Origin: Dehalococcoidia bacterium
Lineage (GTDB): Bacteria; Chloroflexota; Dehalococcoidia; SM23-28-2; HRBIN24
Reading direction: 5' to 3'
DNA length: 64,000 bases
Assembly (NCBI GenBank): GCA_035574155.1
Contig: DATLZD010000075.1
Location: 5-64,004, forward strand
The number at the start of each line of letters is the position of its first letter. Within the stretch, counting starts at the first letter, position 1. The notes under the pieces are model-generated. The model saw only the letters and a program-made list of their open reading frames with translations, was not told the DNA's origin and did not search any database. The translations under genes and the position numbers were made by a program. Below, in pieces: positions 18,190-30,290 of this stretch.

Positions 18190-18228
18190 GGCCAAGACCC
18201 CTCGTGATGAGGAATATAGGGATGGGGG

Positions 18229-18765
18229 CTACCTGGTATCGGGCAGAAGGCCGGGGACGTCCTCCACCACGATCCGCCCCGCCTCCAGGTCCACTCGCAC
18301 GAACTCCTCCACGGCCGGCAGCAGCACCTCTCCCCGCTCTCCCCGCACCACCAGGACCTGGTTCCCGCCGCCCGTCTCCATCACCCGACGGACGGTGCCC
18401 AGGCGCTCGCCGCTGCTGGTGACCGCCTCCAGTCCGACGAGCTGGAAGTAATAGTATTCGCCCTCACCCAGGGGCTCCAGCTCTTCCTGGGGCAGCTCCA
18501 GGTAATGGAATCGGTAGGCCTCGGCGGCCGTGCGGTCCTCGATGCCCTCCAGCCGCAGGAGGACGCGGCCCCGTTGCCAGCGGCAGGAGAGGACCCGGTG
18601 TCTCCGCCCTGCCAAGAAGACATAACGGCCGGGGGCGAGCACCTCCGGTTCGGCCAGGGGGTCCACCAACAGCTCCCCCTCCAGGCCGAAGGGGCGGGCC
18701 ACCCTCCCCACGGCCACAAACCCCTCACGGACGTCGTCGGGAGGAGCAGGGCCCCGCTCGGCCAT
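18229..18765 (-). CDS. rimM: 16S rRNA processing protein RimM
   Basis: GRVARPFGLEGE, EYYYFQLVGL, PRC-barrel; follows rpsP-khpA. Confidence 0.93.
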   Translation of the reverse strand: MAERGPAPPDDVREGFVAVGRVARPFGLEGELLVDPLAEPEVLAPGRYVFLAGRRHRVLSCRWQRGRVLLRLEGIEDRTAAEAYRFHYLELPQEELEPLGEGEYYYFQLVGLEAVTSSGERLGTVRRVMETGGGNQVLVVRGERGEVLLPAVEEFVRVDLEAGRIVVEDVPGLLPDTR

Positions 18766-18782
18766 GCTCTCACAGGGGCCGG

Positions 18783-19010
18783 TCAGCCTATCTCCAGCAC
18801 GGCCCGCACGCCGCGGCGGGCGGCCGCCACCCGCAGGAGGGTGCGGAGGGCGTTGGCGATGCGGCCCTGGCGGCCGATGATACGGCCCATGTCCTCCTCG
18901 GCTACCCGCAGGCGCAGCACCACCTGGTCACCGGCGTCCTCCTCGGTGACCTGCACCTGCTCGGGGTGGTCGACGATGGCCCTGGCCACCAGCTCCACCA
19001 GTTCCTTCAT
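18783..19010 (-). CDS. khpA: KH-domain RNA-binding protein
   Basis: [18 protein letters not shown]; canonical position between rpsP and rimM. Confidence 0.92.
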   Translation of the reverse strand: MKELVELVARAIVDHPEQVQVTEEDAGDQVVLRLRVAEEDMGRIIGRQGRIANALRTLLRVAAARRGVRAVLEIG

Positions 19011-19016
19011 GGGGCC

Positions 19017-19325
19017 TTACTCCTGTCTTGCGGCCTGGATGCGCGCCAGATGCTTGGTGTAGACGAAGGGCGGCAGTCCCGCCTTCTCCATTATGCCCAG
19101 GCGGGTGAAGAGCTTGGCCACTGCCTCGGTGGGCTGAGCACCCTGTTTGAGCCAGTAAACGGCCCGCTCCTCGTCCACCTCCACCTTGGCCGGGTCGGGC
19201 AGGGGGTCATAGTGGCCAATGATCTCCACGAAGCGCCCGTCCCTGGGGGCGCGGGCGTCGGCCACCACGATGCGGTAGAAGGGCCGGTTGCGTCGGCCCA
19301 TACGGGAAAGCCTTATCCGGAGCAA
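19017..19325 (-). CDS. rpsP: 30S ribosomal protein S16
   Basis: IRLSRMG...PFYRIVVADARAPRDGRF; TTG start with GGAGG RBS. Confidence 0.97.
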   Translation of the reverse strand: MLRIRLSRMGRRNRPFYRIVVADARAPRDGRFVEIIGHYDPLPDPAKVEVDEERAVYWLKQGAQPTEAVAKLFTRLGIMEKAGLPPFVYTKHLARIQAARQE

Positions 19326-19348
19326 GTCGGCACCTCCTGCACAGCGGT

Positions 19349-20680
19349 TCAGGACTTGGGCCAGCGGGAGAGGACCTGGCGGCCCTGGGCCTTGGCCATG
19401 GCCTGCATCAGGCGGCGCACCTGCCAGTACTGCTCCAGCAGGCGGTTCACCTCGGCCGGGCTGGTGCCCGAGCCGCGGGCGATGCGCCGTCGCCGGCTGC
19501 CGTCGATGATCTCCGGCCGCCGCCTCTCCTCGGGCGTCATAGACAATATTATAGCCTCTGCACGCTTGAGATAGCGCTCGTCTAGGGCCTCCGCCGGCAG
19601 TTGCCCCTTGATGGCGGCGAAGCCGGGCACCATCCCCAGCAGCTGCTGCAGGGGCCCCATCTTCTTGACTCGCTGGAACTGGAGGAGCAGGTCCTCGAGA
19701 GTGATCTCGCCCCGACGGGCCCGTTGGGCCAGCTCCTCCGCCTCCTGGCGGCTCACCTGCTCCTTGGCCTTCTCGATGAGGGTCAGGACGTCGCCCATGC
19801 CCAGGATGCGGCCGGCGAAACGGTCGGGATGGAACGGTTCCAGGGCATCGGGCCTCTCGCCGGTGCCCACGAACTTGATGGGCACGCCGGTGACGGCCCT
19901 GACCGACAGGGCCGCACCGCCACGGGCGTCGCCGTCCAGCTTGGTGAGCACCAGCCCCGTCAGCCCCAGGGCCTCGTGGAAGGCCTGGGCCGTGCGCACG
20001 GCCTCCTGGCCGGTCATGGCGTCGGCCACCAGCAGCACCTCCCTGGGGGAGAAGGCCTCCCGCAGGTCCTGTAGGGACGCCATCTCATCTTGGTCCAGGC
20101 GCAGGCAGCCGAAGGTGTCCACCACCACCACCGTGCTCCCGTCCCGGCGGGCCGCCTCCAGAGCCCGCCGGGCCAGCTCTCGGGGGGGGAGGCCTTCGTC
20201 GGGGGCCACCACGGGCACCCCCAGCTGCCTGCCCAGGGCCTGCAGCTGCTCGGCCGCCGCCACCCGGTAGGGGTCGGCGGCCACCAGCAGGGGGCGCTGG
20301 CCCTGCCGACGCAGGTGCAGCGCCAGCTTGGCGGCAGTGGTGGTCTTGCCCGACCCCTTCAGGCCCACCAGCATCACGGCCGCCGGCGAGGGTGAGAGCT
20401 CCAGGCGGGCGTGGCCGCCGCCCAGCAGCTCCTTCAGCTCCTGGTGGACGATGTCTATGACCTGCTGGGCGGGGCTGAGGCTCCGGTGCACCTGGGCGCC
20501 CAGGGCCCGCTCCCGCACCCGGGCCACGAACTGCCGCACCACCTGAAAGTTGACGTCGGCCTCCAGCAGGGCCAGGCGGACCTCCCGCAGGGCCTCGTCC
20601 AGGTCCCTCTCGCTGATGGTGCCGCGGCCGCCCAGGCGGCGGAAGATGGCCTGCAGCTTATCGGTCAGGGCGTCGAACAT
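19349..20680 (-). CDS. ffh: Signal recognition particle protein Ffh
   Basis: ALLEADV, GLKGSGKTT, TKLDGDARGG, M-domain SMTPEER..RIARGSG. Confidence 0.97.
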   Translation of the reverse strand: MFDALTDKLQAIFRRLGGRGTISERDLDEALREVRLALLEADVNFQVVRQFVARVRERALGAQVHRSLSPAQQVIDIVHQELKELLGGGHARLELSPSPAAVMLVGLKGSGKTTTAAKLALHLRRQGQRPLLVAADPYRVAAAEQLQALGRQLGVPVVAPDEGLPPRELARRALEAARRDGSTVVVVDTFGCLRLDQDEMASLQDLREAFSPREVLLVADAMTGQEAVRTAQAFHEALGLTGLVLTKLDGDARGGAALSVRAVTGVPIKFVGTGERPDALEPFHPDRFAGRILGMGDVLTLIEKAKEQVSRQEAEELAQRARRGEITLEDLLLQFQRVKKMGPLQQLLGMVPGFAAIKGQLPAEALDERYLKRAEAIILSMTPEERRRPEIIDGSRRRRIARGSGTSPAEVNRLLEQYWQVRRLMQAMAKAQGRQVLSRWPKS

Positions 20681-20760
20681 AGCCAGCCTCTAGTCTACGG
20701 CCCGGATGGGAGCGAGGGAAGGCAGCGGCCCTTCCCCGGCGGGTGGCCCAGGGGGCGTCC

Positions 20761-21816
<1,056 letters not shown>

Positions 21817-21873
21817 TTACCCCACCGCCGGGGCGGGGTCGAGGCCACGGCTGCCGTCAGGGCCAGGGGGCGG

Positions 21874-21902
21874 TTGACGACGGCTGTCGCCCTTGCTACA
21901 CT
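21874..21902 (+). promoter_or_regulatory. lexA promoter
   Basis: TTGACG-N17-TACACT with extended -10 TG. Confidence 0.7.
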
Positions 21903-21910
21903 TGTTCTAC

Positions 21911-21924
21911 CGAACAGGCGTTCC
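21911..21924. promoter_or_regulatory. SOS box (GAAC-N4-GTTC)
   Basis: CGAAC-AGGC-GTTCC between the lexA promoter and RBS. Confidence 0.8.
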
Positions 21925-21934
21925 AGGAGGGGAA

Positions 21935-22576
21935 ATGAGGGAGCTGACCCCTAAGCAGCGGCGCATCCTGGAGTTCATCCGCCGCTTCATCGAGGAACAC
22001 GACTATCCCCCCAGCATTCGCCAGATCCAGGAAGGCTGCGGCCTCAGCTCCACCTCGGTGGTGGACTACAACCTGCGCATCCTGGAGAGGCTGGGCTACA
22101 TCCGGCGCGACCGGGAGGTGTCGCGGGCCATCGAGCTGCTGGGCCCGGCCGGTAGGCGACGGCCGAGGCTGGTGCCCGTCCCCCTGGTGGGCACCATCGC
22201 GGCTGGCCAGCCCATCCCCGTGCCCAGCGAGGACGCCTGGTCACCATCGTGGGAGGATGTCCTGGAGTTGCCGGCCGACATGGTGGGCAACCGCCAGAAC
22301 GTATTCGCCGTGAGGGTCAGGGGCAACTCCATGGTGGACGCCCTGGTCTACGATGGCGACATTGTGGTGCTGGAGCAGACTTCGGCCGCCAGGGACGGCG
22401 AGATGGTGGCCGCCTGGCTGAAGCGCGAGGGCGAGGCCACCCTCAAGCGCATCTACCGTGAGGGCGACCGGGTGCGGCTGCAGCCTGCCAACGAGGCCAT
22501 GGCCCCCATATACACCGAGGCCGACAACGTTGAGGTGCAGGGGAGGGTGGTGGCCGTTCTCCGGTCCCTGTCCTAA
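21935..22576 (+). CDS. lexA: SOS repressor LexA
   Basis: YPPSIRQI, IAAG cleavage site, VRGNSM, ATLKR; ATG 21935 after GGAGG. Confidence 0.96.
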   Translation: MRELTPKQRRILEFIRRFIEEHDYPPSIRQIQEGCGLSSTSVVDYNLRILERLGYIRRDREVSRAIELLGPAGRRRPRLVPVPLVGTIAAGQPIPVPSEDAWSPSWEDVLELPADMVGNRQNVFAVRVRGNSMVDALVYDGDIVVLEQTSAARDGEMVAAWLKREGEATLKRIYREGDRVRLQPANEAMAPIYTEADNVEVQGRVVAVLRSLS

Positions 22577-23394
22577 TCGCTGCCCTCCCGCTCCCAGGGC
22601 AGGGGCGGTGGGCGCAAGGGCGGTGGCCGTCTCCCCTCCACGTAGTCCCGCAGCCCCTCCCGCATTTCGGCGGCGCGGAGGCTCTCCCGGTGAAGGTGGG
22701 CCTCCAGCGCCAGGCCATCGGGCAGGGGGAGGGCCAGCCCCCAAAGGGCGGCCAGGCGGTCGGTGCGCAGGGACGTCTGCGGATAGGTAGTCATGTGCTG
22801 GGCCACGGCGAGGGCCCGTTGCATGGCCTGTCCCTTGGGCACCACCTCCTGGACAAGGCCCATCCGCAGGGCCTGACGGGCATCGATGAGGGCACCCGTC
22901 TCGATGAGGTACAGGGCGTTACCCAGGCCCACGATGCGGGGCAGGCGTTGGGTGCCCCCGTCCACCAGCGGCACGCCCCAGCGGCGGTTGAGCACGCCAA
23001 ACTGGGCCGCCTCGTCGCAGATGCGGAAGTCGCACCAGCAGGCCAGCTCCAGGCCCCCGGCTACGCAGTAGCCGTTGATGGCGGCGATGGTGGGCTTGTG
23101 GACGTCGGTGACGCGGGTGAAGCCCATGGGCCCGTGGCGGTCGGCGCCTGGCCGGCGCGCGATTTGGACCTCTGAATCGTGGGCATATTTCAGGTCGAAG
23201 CCCGCGCAGAAGGACTCGTCGCCCGCCCCCGTCAGCACCAGCACGTCCAGGTCTGGGTCGTTGCGGAACTGCTCCACCGCCTCGTAAAGTAGCTGGGCCG
23301 TCTCGCCGTCGACGCAATTGCGGACCTCAGGGCGGTTGATAGTGACCACCCAGATGCGGCCTTGTCGCTCCGTCAGGACCTTGGGGCCTGGCAT
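22573..23394 (-). CDS. Enoyl-CoA hydratase/isomerase (crotonase) family
   Basis: FCAGFDLK, AGGLELACWCD, WGVPLVDGG. Confidence 0.9.
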   Translation of the reverse strand: MPGPKVLTERQGRIWVVTINRPEVRNCVDGETAQLLYEAVEQFRNDPDLDVLVLTGAGDESFCAGFDLKYAHDSEVQIARRPGADRHGPMGFTRVTDVHKPTIAAINGYCVAGGLELACWCDFRICDEAAQFGVLNRRWGVPLVDGGTQRLPRIVGLGNALYLIETGALIDARQALRMGLVQEVVPKGQAMQRALAVAQHMTTYPQTSLRTDRLAALWGLALPLPDGLALEAHLHRESLRAAEMREGLRDYVEGRRPPPLRPPPLPWEREGSD

Positions 23395-23471
23395 GGCGCC
23401 ACCTCCATGGCCGTGGCAGGGCCAGCATAGGCCCGGCCCCGGGCCACCGTCAAGGAAGGGAGCACACGTCC

Positions 23472-23500
23472 TTGACATAGCGGGCGGCGGCTGTTAGTAT
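23472..23500 (+). promoter_or_regulatory. sigma70 promoter for small ORF-darA
   Basis: TTGACA-N17-TAGTAT with extended -10 TG. Confidence 0.7.
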
Positions 23501-23541
23501 CGGCCCCGCCTCCGATACGGACATCGGCGGACAACAGTCCC

Positions 23542-23670
23542 ATGCGCTTCGTCGTCGGCTTCCTGCTGGGCCTGGCCCTGGGCGTCGCCTTGGGTGCCCT
23601 GCTGTTGCCTCGGCTGCAGGAGGAGCAACGCCGTCGCGAGGCCTTCCCACCGCCGGGGCCTGGGCGTTAG
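23542..23670 (+). CDS. Small single-TM protein, 42 aa (not in ORF track)
   Basis: MRFVVGFLLGLALGVALGALLLPRLQEEQRRREAFPPPGPGR; lies between a strong promoter and darA. Confidence 0.6.
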   Translation: MRFVVGFLLGLALGVALGALLLPRLQEEQRRREAFPPPGPGR

Positions 23671-23674
23671 GCCC

Positions 23675-24010
23675 ATGCAGACCTACAAGCTCGTCCTTAT
23701 CATCGCTGCCGACGTCGACGCTGACCGTCTGATGCACACCCTCGGCGAGAAGGGCATCCCCGTGACTAAGCTCAGCTCCAGCGGCGGCTTCCTGCGCCGG
23801 GGCAATACCACCCTCCTGTCCGGGGTAGAGGAGGAGCGGGTGGAGGAGGTGCTGGAGCTGGTGCGCCGCGAGTGCCGTGCCCGCACTGAGATGGTGCCCA
23901 TCCAGGCCCTGCCCTTCCCAGATGTGGCCCTGCCTGCCGGCCCTATCGAGGTCAGGGTAGGCGGGGCAGTGGTGTTCGTGTTACCCGTAGAGCACTTCGA
24001 GAAGACTTAG
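23675..24010 (+). CDS. darA: c-di-AMP receptor, PII-like (DarA/PstA)
   Basis: TKLSSSGGFLRRGNTT and VGGAVVFV motifs. Confidence 0.88.
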   Translation: MQTYKLVLIIAADVDADRLMHTLGEKGIPVTKLSSSGGFLRRGNTTLLSGVEEERVEEVLELVRRECRARTEMVPIQALPFPDVALPAGPIEVRVGGAVVFVLPVEHFEKT

Positions 24011-24030
24011 GGCGGCCCCGCAGGGCCGCC
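24011..24030. terminator. Hairpin between convergent darA and hppA
   Basis: GGCGGCCC-CGCA-GGGCCGCC perfect 8-bp stem; no clear U tract. Confidence 0.45.
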
Positions 24031-24055
24031 CCTCTATCCCTCCGGTCCCCGTAGG

Positions 24056-26305
<2,250 letters not shown>

Positions 26306-26448
26306 GGTTCACTACCTCCGTTCGGGGAGTGCGGCAACGGGTCGGGAGGGTGCGTCGGGCACAGCAAACCCGCCCCCGCTGCCCTCACGGGGTCGCATCA
26401 CGGGCCTTATCATACCATCCGCCATCGGTGGGTAAATGGGGCGGAGGC

Positions 26449-26565
26449 TCAACGGGTCGCGGTGCGGCGGGCCGCCTCGGCCGCCTGCTCCGCACGCCGT
26501 TTGGCCTTGAGCTTCTTCATCTTCTTGTGGTGCTTCTTGCGTGCCACCTTCTTGGGCTTGTTCAT
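26449..26565 (-). CDS. Small Lys/Arg-rich peptide, 38 aa (not in ORF track)
   Basis: MNKPKKVARKKHHKKMKKLKAKRRAEQAAEAARRTATR; GAAGGA RBS; AAG-rich coding-like codon use. Confidence 0.6.
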   Translation of the reverse strand: MNKPKKVARKKHHKKMKKLKAKRRAEQAAEAARRTATR

Positions 26566-26608
26566 GGTCCTTCACCCGCAGGCCGAGGGTGAGGAAAGGA
26601 CCGGCGCC

Positions 26609-26685
26609 TGGTGCCCCCGGCGGGATTCGAACCCGCGATTTCCACCTTGAAAGGGTGGCGTCCTGGGCCTCTAGACGACGGGGGC
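26609..26685 (-). tRNA. tRNA-Glu(TTC)
   Basis: GCCCCCG/CGGGGGC stem, CCACC-CTTTCAA-GGTGG, GTTCGAATCC, CCA. Confidence 0.96.
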
Positions 26686-26709
26686 CCACTTCCGCATTCT
26701 AGGGCAGAG

Positions 26710-27471
26710 ATGGAGCAGGAGCAAAGGCCCCCTTCCCTGCTGGTGGGATGCTGCGGCTGGCCCCAGGCCCGCTCCCGCTACTTCCACACGTTCCCCATCG
26801 TGGAGCTGCAGGAGACCTTCTATGACCCGCCATCCCTGGAGCGGGCGCGAAAGCTGCGACAGGAGGCCCCGCCAGGCTTCTCCTTCTCCCTCAAGTCCTG
26901 GCAGGTGGTGACCCATCCCGCCACCAGCCCCACCTACCGTCGGCTGCGCCGCCCCCTGTCCGCTGAGGAGGCGGCCCAGGCGGGCTTCTTCCGGCCGACG
27001 GAGGCGGTGTGGCGGGCCTGGCAACGCACCCAGGAGGTGGCCGAGGCCCTGGACGCCCGGGCCGTCGTCTTTCAGTGCCCGCCCAGCTTCGTCCCCCAGG
27101 AGGAGAACGTGGAGAACCTGCGCCGCTTCTTCGGTGCCATGCAGCGGGGCCGCTGGCTGCTGGCCTGGGAGCCCCGTGGCCGCTGGCCGCCGGAGCTGGT
27201 GGCCTCCCTGTGCCGCGAGCTGGGGCTAGTGCACGTGGTGGACCCCTTCCAGGGGCGGCCGGCCTGGGGCCAGTACGCCTACTTCCGCCTCCACGGTCGG
27301 GGTGGCTACCGCTATCGCTACAGCGACGAAGAGCTGGCCCAGCTCCTGGCCATCTGCAGGGAGGAGCTAGAGCTGGGGCGTCGGCCCGTCTACGTCCTGT
27401 TCAACAACACCCAGATGGGTGAGGACGCGGCGCGCTTCCTGTCCCTGGCCAGGAGGGAGGGGTTGGCCTAG
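26710..27471 (+). CDS. DUF72 (YecE-like) protein
   Basis: VGCCGW, ELQETFY, FQCPPSF, YFRLHG, LFNN. Confidence 0.88.
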   Translation: MEQEQRPPSLLVGCCGWPQARSRYFHTFPIVELQETFYDPPSLERARKLRQEAPPGFSFSLKSWQVVTHPATSPTYRRLRRPLSAEEAAQAGFFRPTEAVWRAWQRTQEVAEALDARAVVFQCPPSFVPQEENVENLRRFFGAMQRGRWLLAWEPRGRWPPELVASLCRELGLVHVVDPFQGRPAWGQYAYFRLHGRGGYRYRYSDEELAQLLAICREELELGRRPVYVLFNNTQMGEDAARFLSLARREGLA

Positions 27472-29378
27472 GGCGACGCGGAGGGGCGGGCAGGGACCGA
27501 GCGCTCCGGCGTCGGCGTGGCTACGGGGGCGGTGGCGCCGGCGGTTGGCGTCGGCGTGGGGCCCGGCGTGGGAGTGGGGGTTGGGCTGGGAGCGGGCTGG
27601 GGAGGGGCCCCGCCGCCGGCAGGCGTCAGGACCTGTACGTAGACCGCTTCCAGGCCGAGGACGGTGGACTTGGCCTGCACCTCCACCTCACTGCCCGGCT
27701 CGGGGCGACCGGCGATATGCGTGTCGGGCCCGACATGCACCGTGGCGTCGCCCACCAGCCAGGTGCCGTCGGCGCGGACCTCGCGCAGGGTGCCCCGCAG
27801 CTGCACCAGAACCCCCGACTCCTGGCCCAGGACCACCACTGCCCCGCGGGCCTCCACCCGGTCGCCCTCGCGGACGGCCTCCACCCTGACCAGGGAGCCG
27901 GGCGGCGGTGGGCTGGCGCCGGGCGGAGGGTCCACGGCCGTGCCCCCCACCAGCCACTTGCCGCCGCTGGAGCCCTGGTAGAGCCCCTGCACCCATAGGC
28001 TGCCGGAGGTGGGGGCGGCGGCGCTGAGGACCGTCACCTTGATGGCCACCAGCTCATCGCCCCGCCGCTGGGCCTGGACCCGGACGAAGGCCCCCTGTCG
28101 CGGCTCGCCGGCCTGGGCCTCGATAACGGTGGAAGGAGTGACGCGGAACAGCTGGCCGGCCACCCGCCACAGGGTGCCGCCCGAAGATAGGGAGAGGTCC
28201 TCCTCGGCTGTCCCATCCAGGGAGAAGGTGGAGACCAGGGCGGGGCCGCTCAGCAGGCGGACCTCGGTGGCCACCAGGGCATCGCTGCTGACATAGGCCC
28301 GCACCTGCACCGTGTCGCCCACAGTCACGGTGTCCAGGGCAGCCCCGCTGGCGAGGCGCACCAACCTGCCGTCCACGTCCAGCTCCTGTCCCTCGACCCT
28401 CCGGACCACGCCGCGGATGATGAGCTCCTGCCCCGGAGAGCCCACCACCGCCACCGTGAGGGCCCGCATGACCCGGTCGGAGTCGCGGCCCACCAGGACC
28501 CGCACCAGCTTCCCCTCCTCGATGGGGACGTCGCCCAGCGTGATGTCGCCCACCCGGACCTGGTAGGGGCCGATGAGCCAGACGCCCGGCTCGGAGGTGG
28601 CCCTGGCCACCCCTTCTACCTGGAGCAGGCCCCCGGCGATGCTCTCGGCCGGCAGGGCCACGCCCCTGCCCGCCAGCCGCAGGCGGGCGTTGTGCAGGCC
28701 GGCGATGGTGGCTACCAGGTCATCCCGTGCCCCGGTCCCTGTCTGGCCCGCCAGGCGGATGAGGTAGGCCTGCTGCCGCTCCAGACGGGCCTGTGCCTGC
28801 TGGGCCAGAGGGGTGTCATGGCCCTCCAGGAGACGAGAGGCGCGGGCTGCCCGGGAGCGGAGGGCTGCCAGGGCCTCCCCCGGCACCTGGCCCTGGCGGG
28901 CCAGGGCCCTCTCGATTTCGGCGATCCGTCTATCGGCCTGGTCCAGGAGCAGCCGGGCGCGCGCCTCCCGGTCCCAGGTGACCAGCACCTGGGCCTCCTC
29001 GCCCAGCAGCTTGACCCGGTAAAGGGGGTCGCCGGGCAGGCTGCGAGAGGCGGCCATGACCGTAACCGTCAGGCCCCCCGCCACGATGGCCACCACGCAG
29101 GCGGCGATGACGGCAGGCGCCAGCCACCGCCAGGGCCGCCGCACCCTGGCCGCCCGCAGTTGGGCGGCGCGGCGGCTGAAACGCAGCCAGCCCGAGGCCT
29201 GGGCGACGGGACGGGGCCGTGGCTCCCCCATCTCCCTGACGGCCTGGGCGGCCAGCAGCAAGGGGCGCAGTTCCTCGGCCAGGTCAGGGTAACGGGCGAG
29301 GCAGGACTCCAGCGACTCGCCCCGCTGCAGGGCGCTCAGGCAGTCGTCCAGGGCCTTCAGCAGGCGCCGGCGGCGCAT
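27468..29378 (-). CDS. Putative anti-sigma factor with DUF5667/DUF5666-like repeats and Pro/Thr tail
   Basis: CLARYP..AEELRPLL N-terminus, one TM, ASRSLPGDPLY.VK, repeated OB-like units, PTPTP tail; directly follows the ECF sigma. Confidence 0.7.
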   Translation of the reverse strand: MRRRRLLKALDDCLSALQRGESLESCLARYPDLAEELRPLLLAAQAVREMGEPRPRPVAQASGWLRFSRRAAQLRAARVRRPWRWLAPAVIAACVVAIVAGGLTVTVMAASRSLPGDPLYRVKLLGEEAQVLVTWDREARARLLLDQADRRIAEIERALARQGQVPGEALAALRSRAARASRLLEGHDTPLAQQAQARLERQQAYLIRLAGQTGTGARDDLVATIAGLHNARLRLAGRGVALPAESIAGGLLQVEGVARATSEPGVWLIGPYQVRVGDITLGDVPIEEGKLVRVLVGRDSDRVMRALTVAVVGSPGQELIIRGVVRRVEGQELDVDGRLVRLASGAALDTVTVGDTVQVRAYVSSDALVATEVRLLSGPALVSTFSLDGTAEEDLSLSSGGTLWRVAGQLFRVTPSTVIEAQAGEPRQGAFVRVQAQRRGDELVAIKVTVLSAAAPTSGSLWVQGLYQGSSGGKWLVGGTAVDPPPGASPPPPGSLVRVEAVREGDRVEARGAVVVLGQESGVLVQLRGTLREVRADGTWLVGDATVHVGPDTHIAGRPEPGSEVEVQAKSTVLGLEAVYVQVLTPAGGGAPPQPAPSPTPTPTPGPTPTPTAGATAPVATPTPERSVPARPSASP

Positions 29379-29380
29379 GC

Positions 29381-30004
29381 CTACCTCTCCGCCTCCCGGA
29401 GGTAGCGCTCGAGGGCCCTCAGGGCGCGGTGTTGCAGGGACTTGACGGAGCCCTCGCTGCGGCCCATGGCGCGGGCGATGGTGCGGTTGTCCAGCCCGTG
29501 CACGAACTTGAGGATGATGACCTGTCGCTGCTCGTAGGTCAGGCGCTGCAGCGCCCGCTGCAGGTCCTGGCGCTGGAGGGAGGCCTCGGCGCCGGCCTCG
29601 GGGTTGTGGTCGGCCAGGGGTGGGGCTGCCTGGTCCAGGCTGACCTCTTGCCGGCGCTTGCGCTTGCGGTGGTGGTCCACCACGCAGTTGTGGGCGATGC
29701 GGTAGATCCAGGCGGCCAGAGGCGTGCCGCGGAACCGATAACGGGGAAGCGCCTCCAGGACCCTAAGCATCACCTCGGAGGCGATGTCCTCCGCCAGGGC
29801 GGCGTCGCTGGTCTGGAGCAGGGCATACGAGTAGACGCGAGGGTAGTAGTGCTCGTAGATCCAGGCCAGGGCCCGCTCGTCCAGGTGCTGGGCACGCTGC
29901 ACCAGCTCCCACTCCTTCTGGGCCTGGGCCTCCCGTGCCCAAAAGGGGTGGGCCGCGTCGCTGGCGGGCGGGTCTAACGGCTCGGACAAGGCTATGGCCA
30001 ACAC
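29381..30004 (-). CDS. ECF RNA polymerase sigma factor
   Basis: AEDIASEV (region 2), WIYRIAHN, LT.EQRQVIILKF, GSVKSLQHRAL; start set at GTG 30004 (uncertain). Confidence 0.9.
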   Translation of the reverse strand: MLAIALSEPLDPPASDAAHPFWAREAQAQKEWELVQRAQHLDERALAWIYEHYYPRVYSYALLQTSDAALAEDIASEVMLRVLEALPRYRFRGTPLAAWIYRIAHNCVVDHHRKRKRRQEVSLDQAAPPLADHNPEAGAEASLQRQDLQRALQRLTYEQRQVIILKFVHGLDNRTIARAMGRSEGSVKSLQHRALRALERYLREAER

Positions 30005-30027
30005 CTCGTGCGTCCCCCAGCAGGAAA

Positions 30028-30053
30028 AACGCACGAGGCATATCTCTGGTTAC
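30028..30053 (-). promoter_or_regulatory. Putative autoregulatory ECF promoter
   Basis: GTAACC-N16-CGTT on the minus strand, matching the AAC/CGT pattern of ECF promoters. Confidence 0.45.
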
Positions 30054-30065
30054 GTCTAAGTGTAA

Positions 30066-30290
30066 TCAGTCGTCTCCGGTCTCAGGGGACAGGCCCAGCA
30101 GGCGGCGTCGCGCCCGCTCGTAACGCTCTTTGGCCCGCGCTTCCCGGTTCAGTAGCCCCTTGAGGCGGGGAGGGTCTAGCCTCTCCCCTTCCAACAGGAC
30201 CCGATGGAGGGCCTCCAGTTGCTGCAGCCAGGAGCGGTAGGCTTCCAGGTATTCCCGCTTGAGGTCTTCGTTGGGCGGGACGGGGGACAC
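30066..30290 (-). CDS. Hypothetical helical protein, 74 aa
   Basis: Coding-like amphipathic sequence; starts immediately after the ThDP enzyme stop. Confidence 0.6.
   Translation of the reverse strand: MSPVPPNEDLKREYLEAYRSWLQQLEALHRVLLEGERLDPPRLKGLLNREARAKERYERARRRLLGLSPETGDD

Noticed and set aside
27480-27620. Repetitive GGCGTCGGCGTGG/GGGGTTGGG tract, possible CRISPR or VNTR
   Set aside because: Encodes the Pro/Thr linker of the anti-sigma protein; no repeat-spacer periodicity
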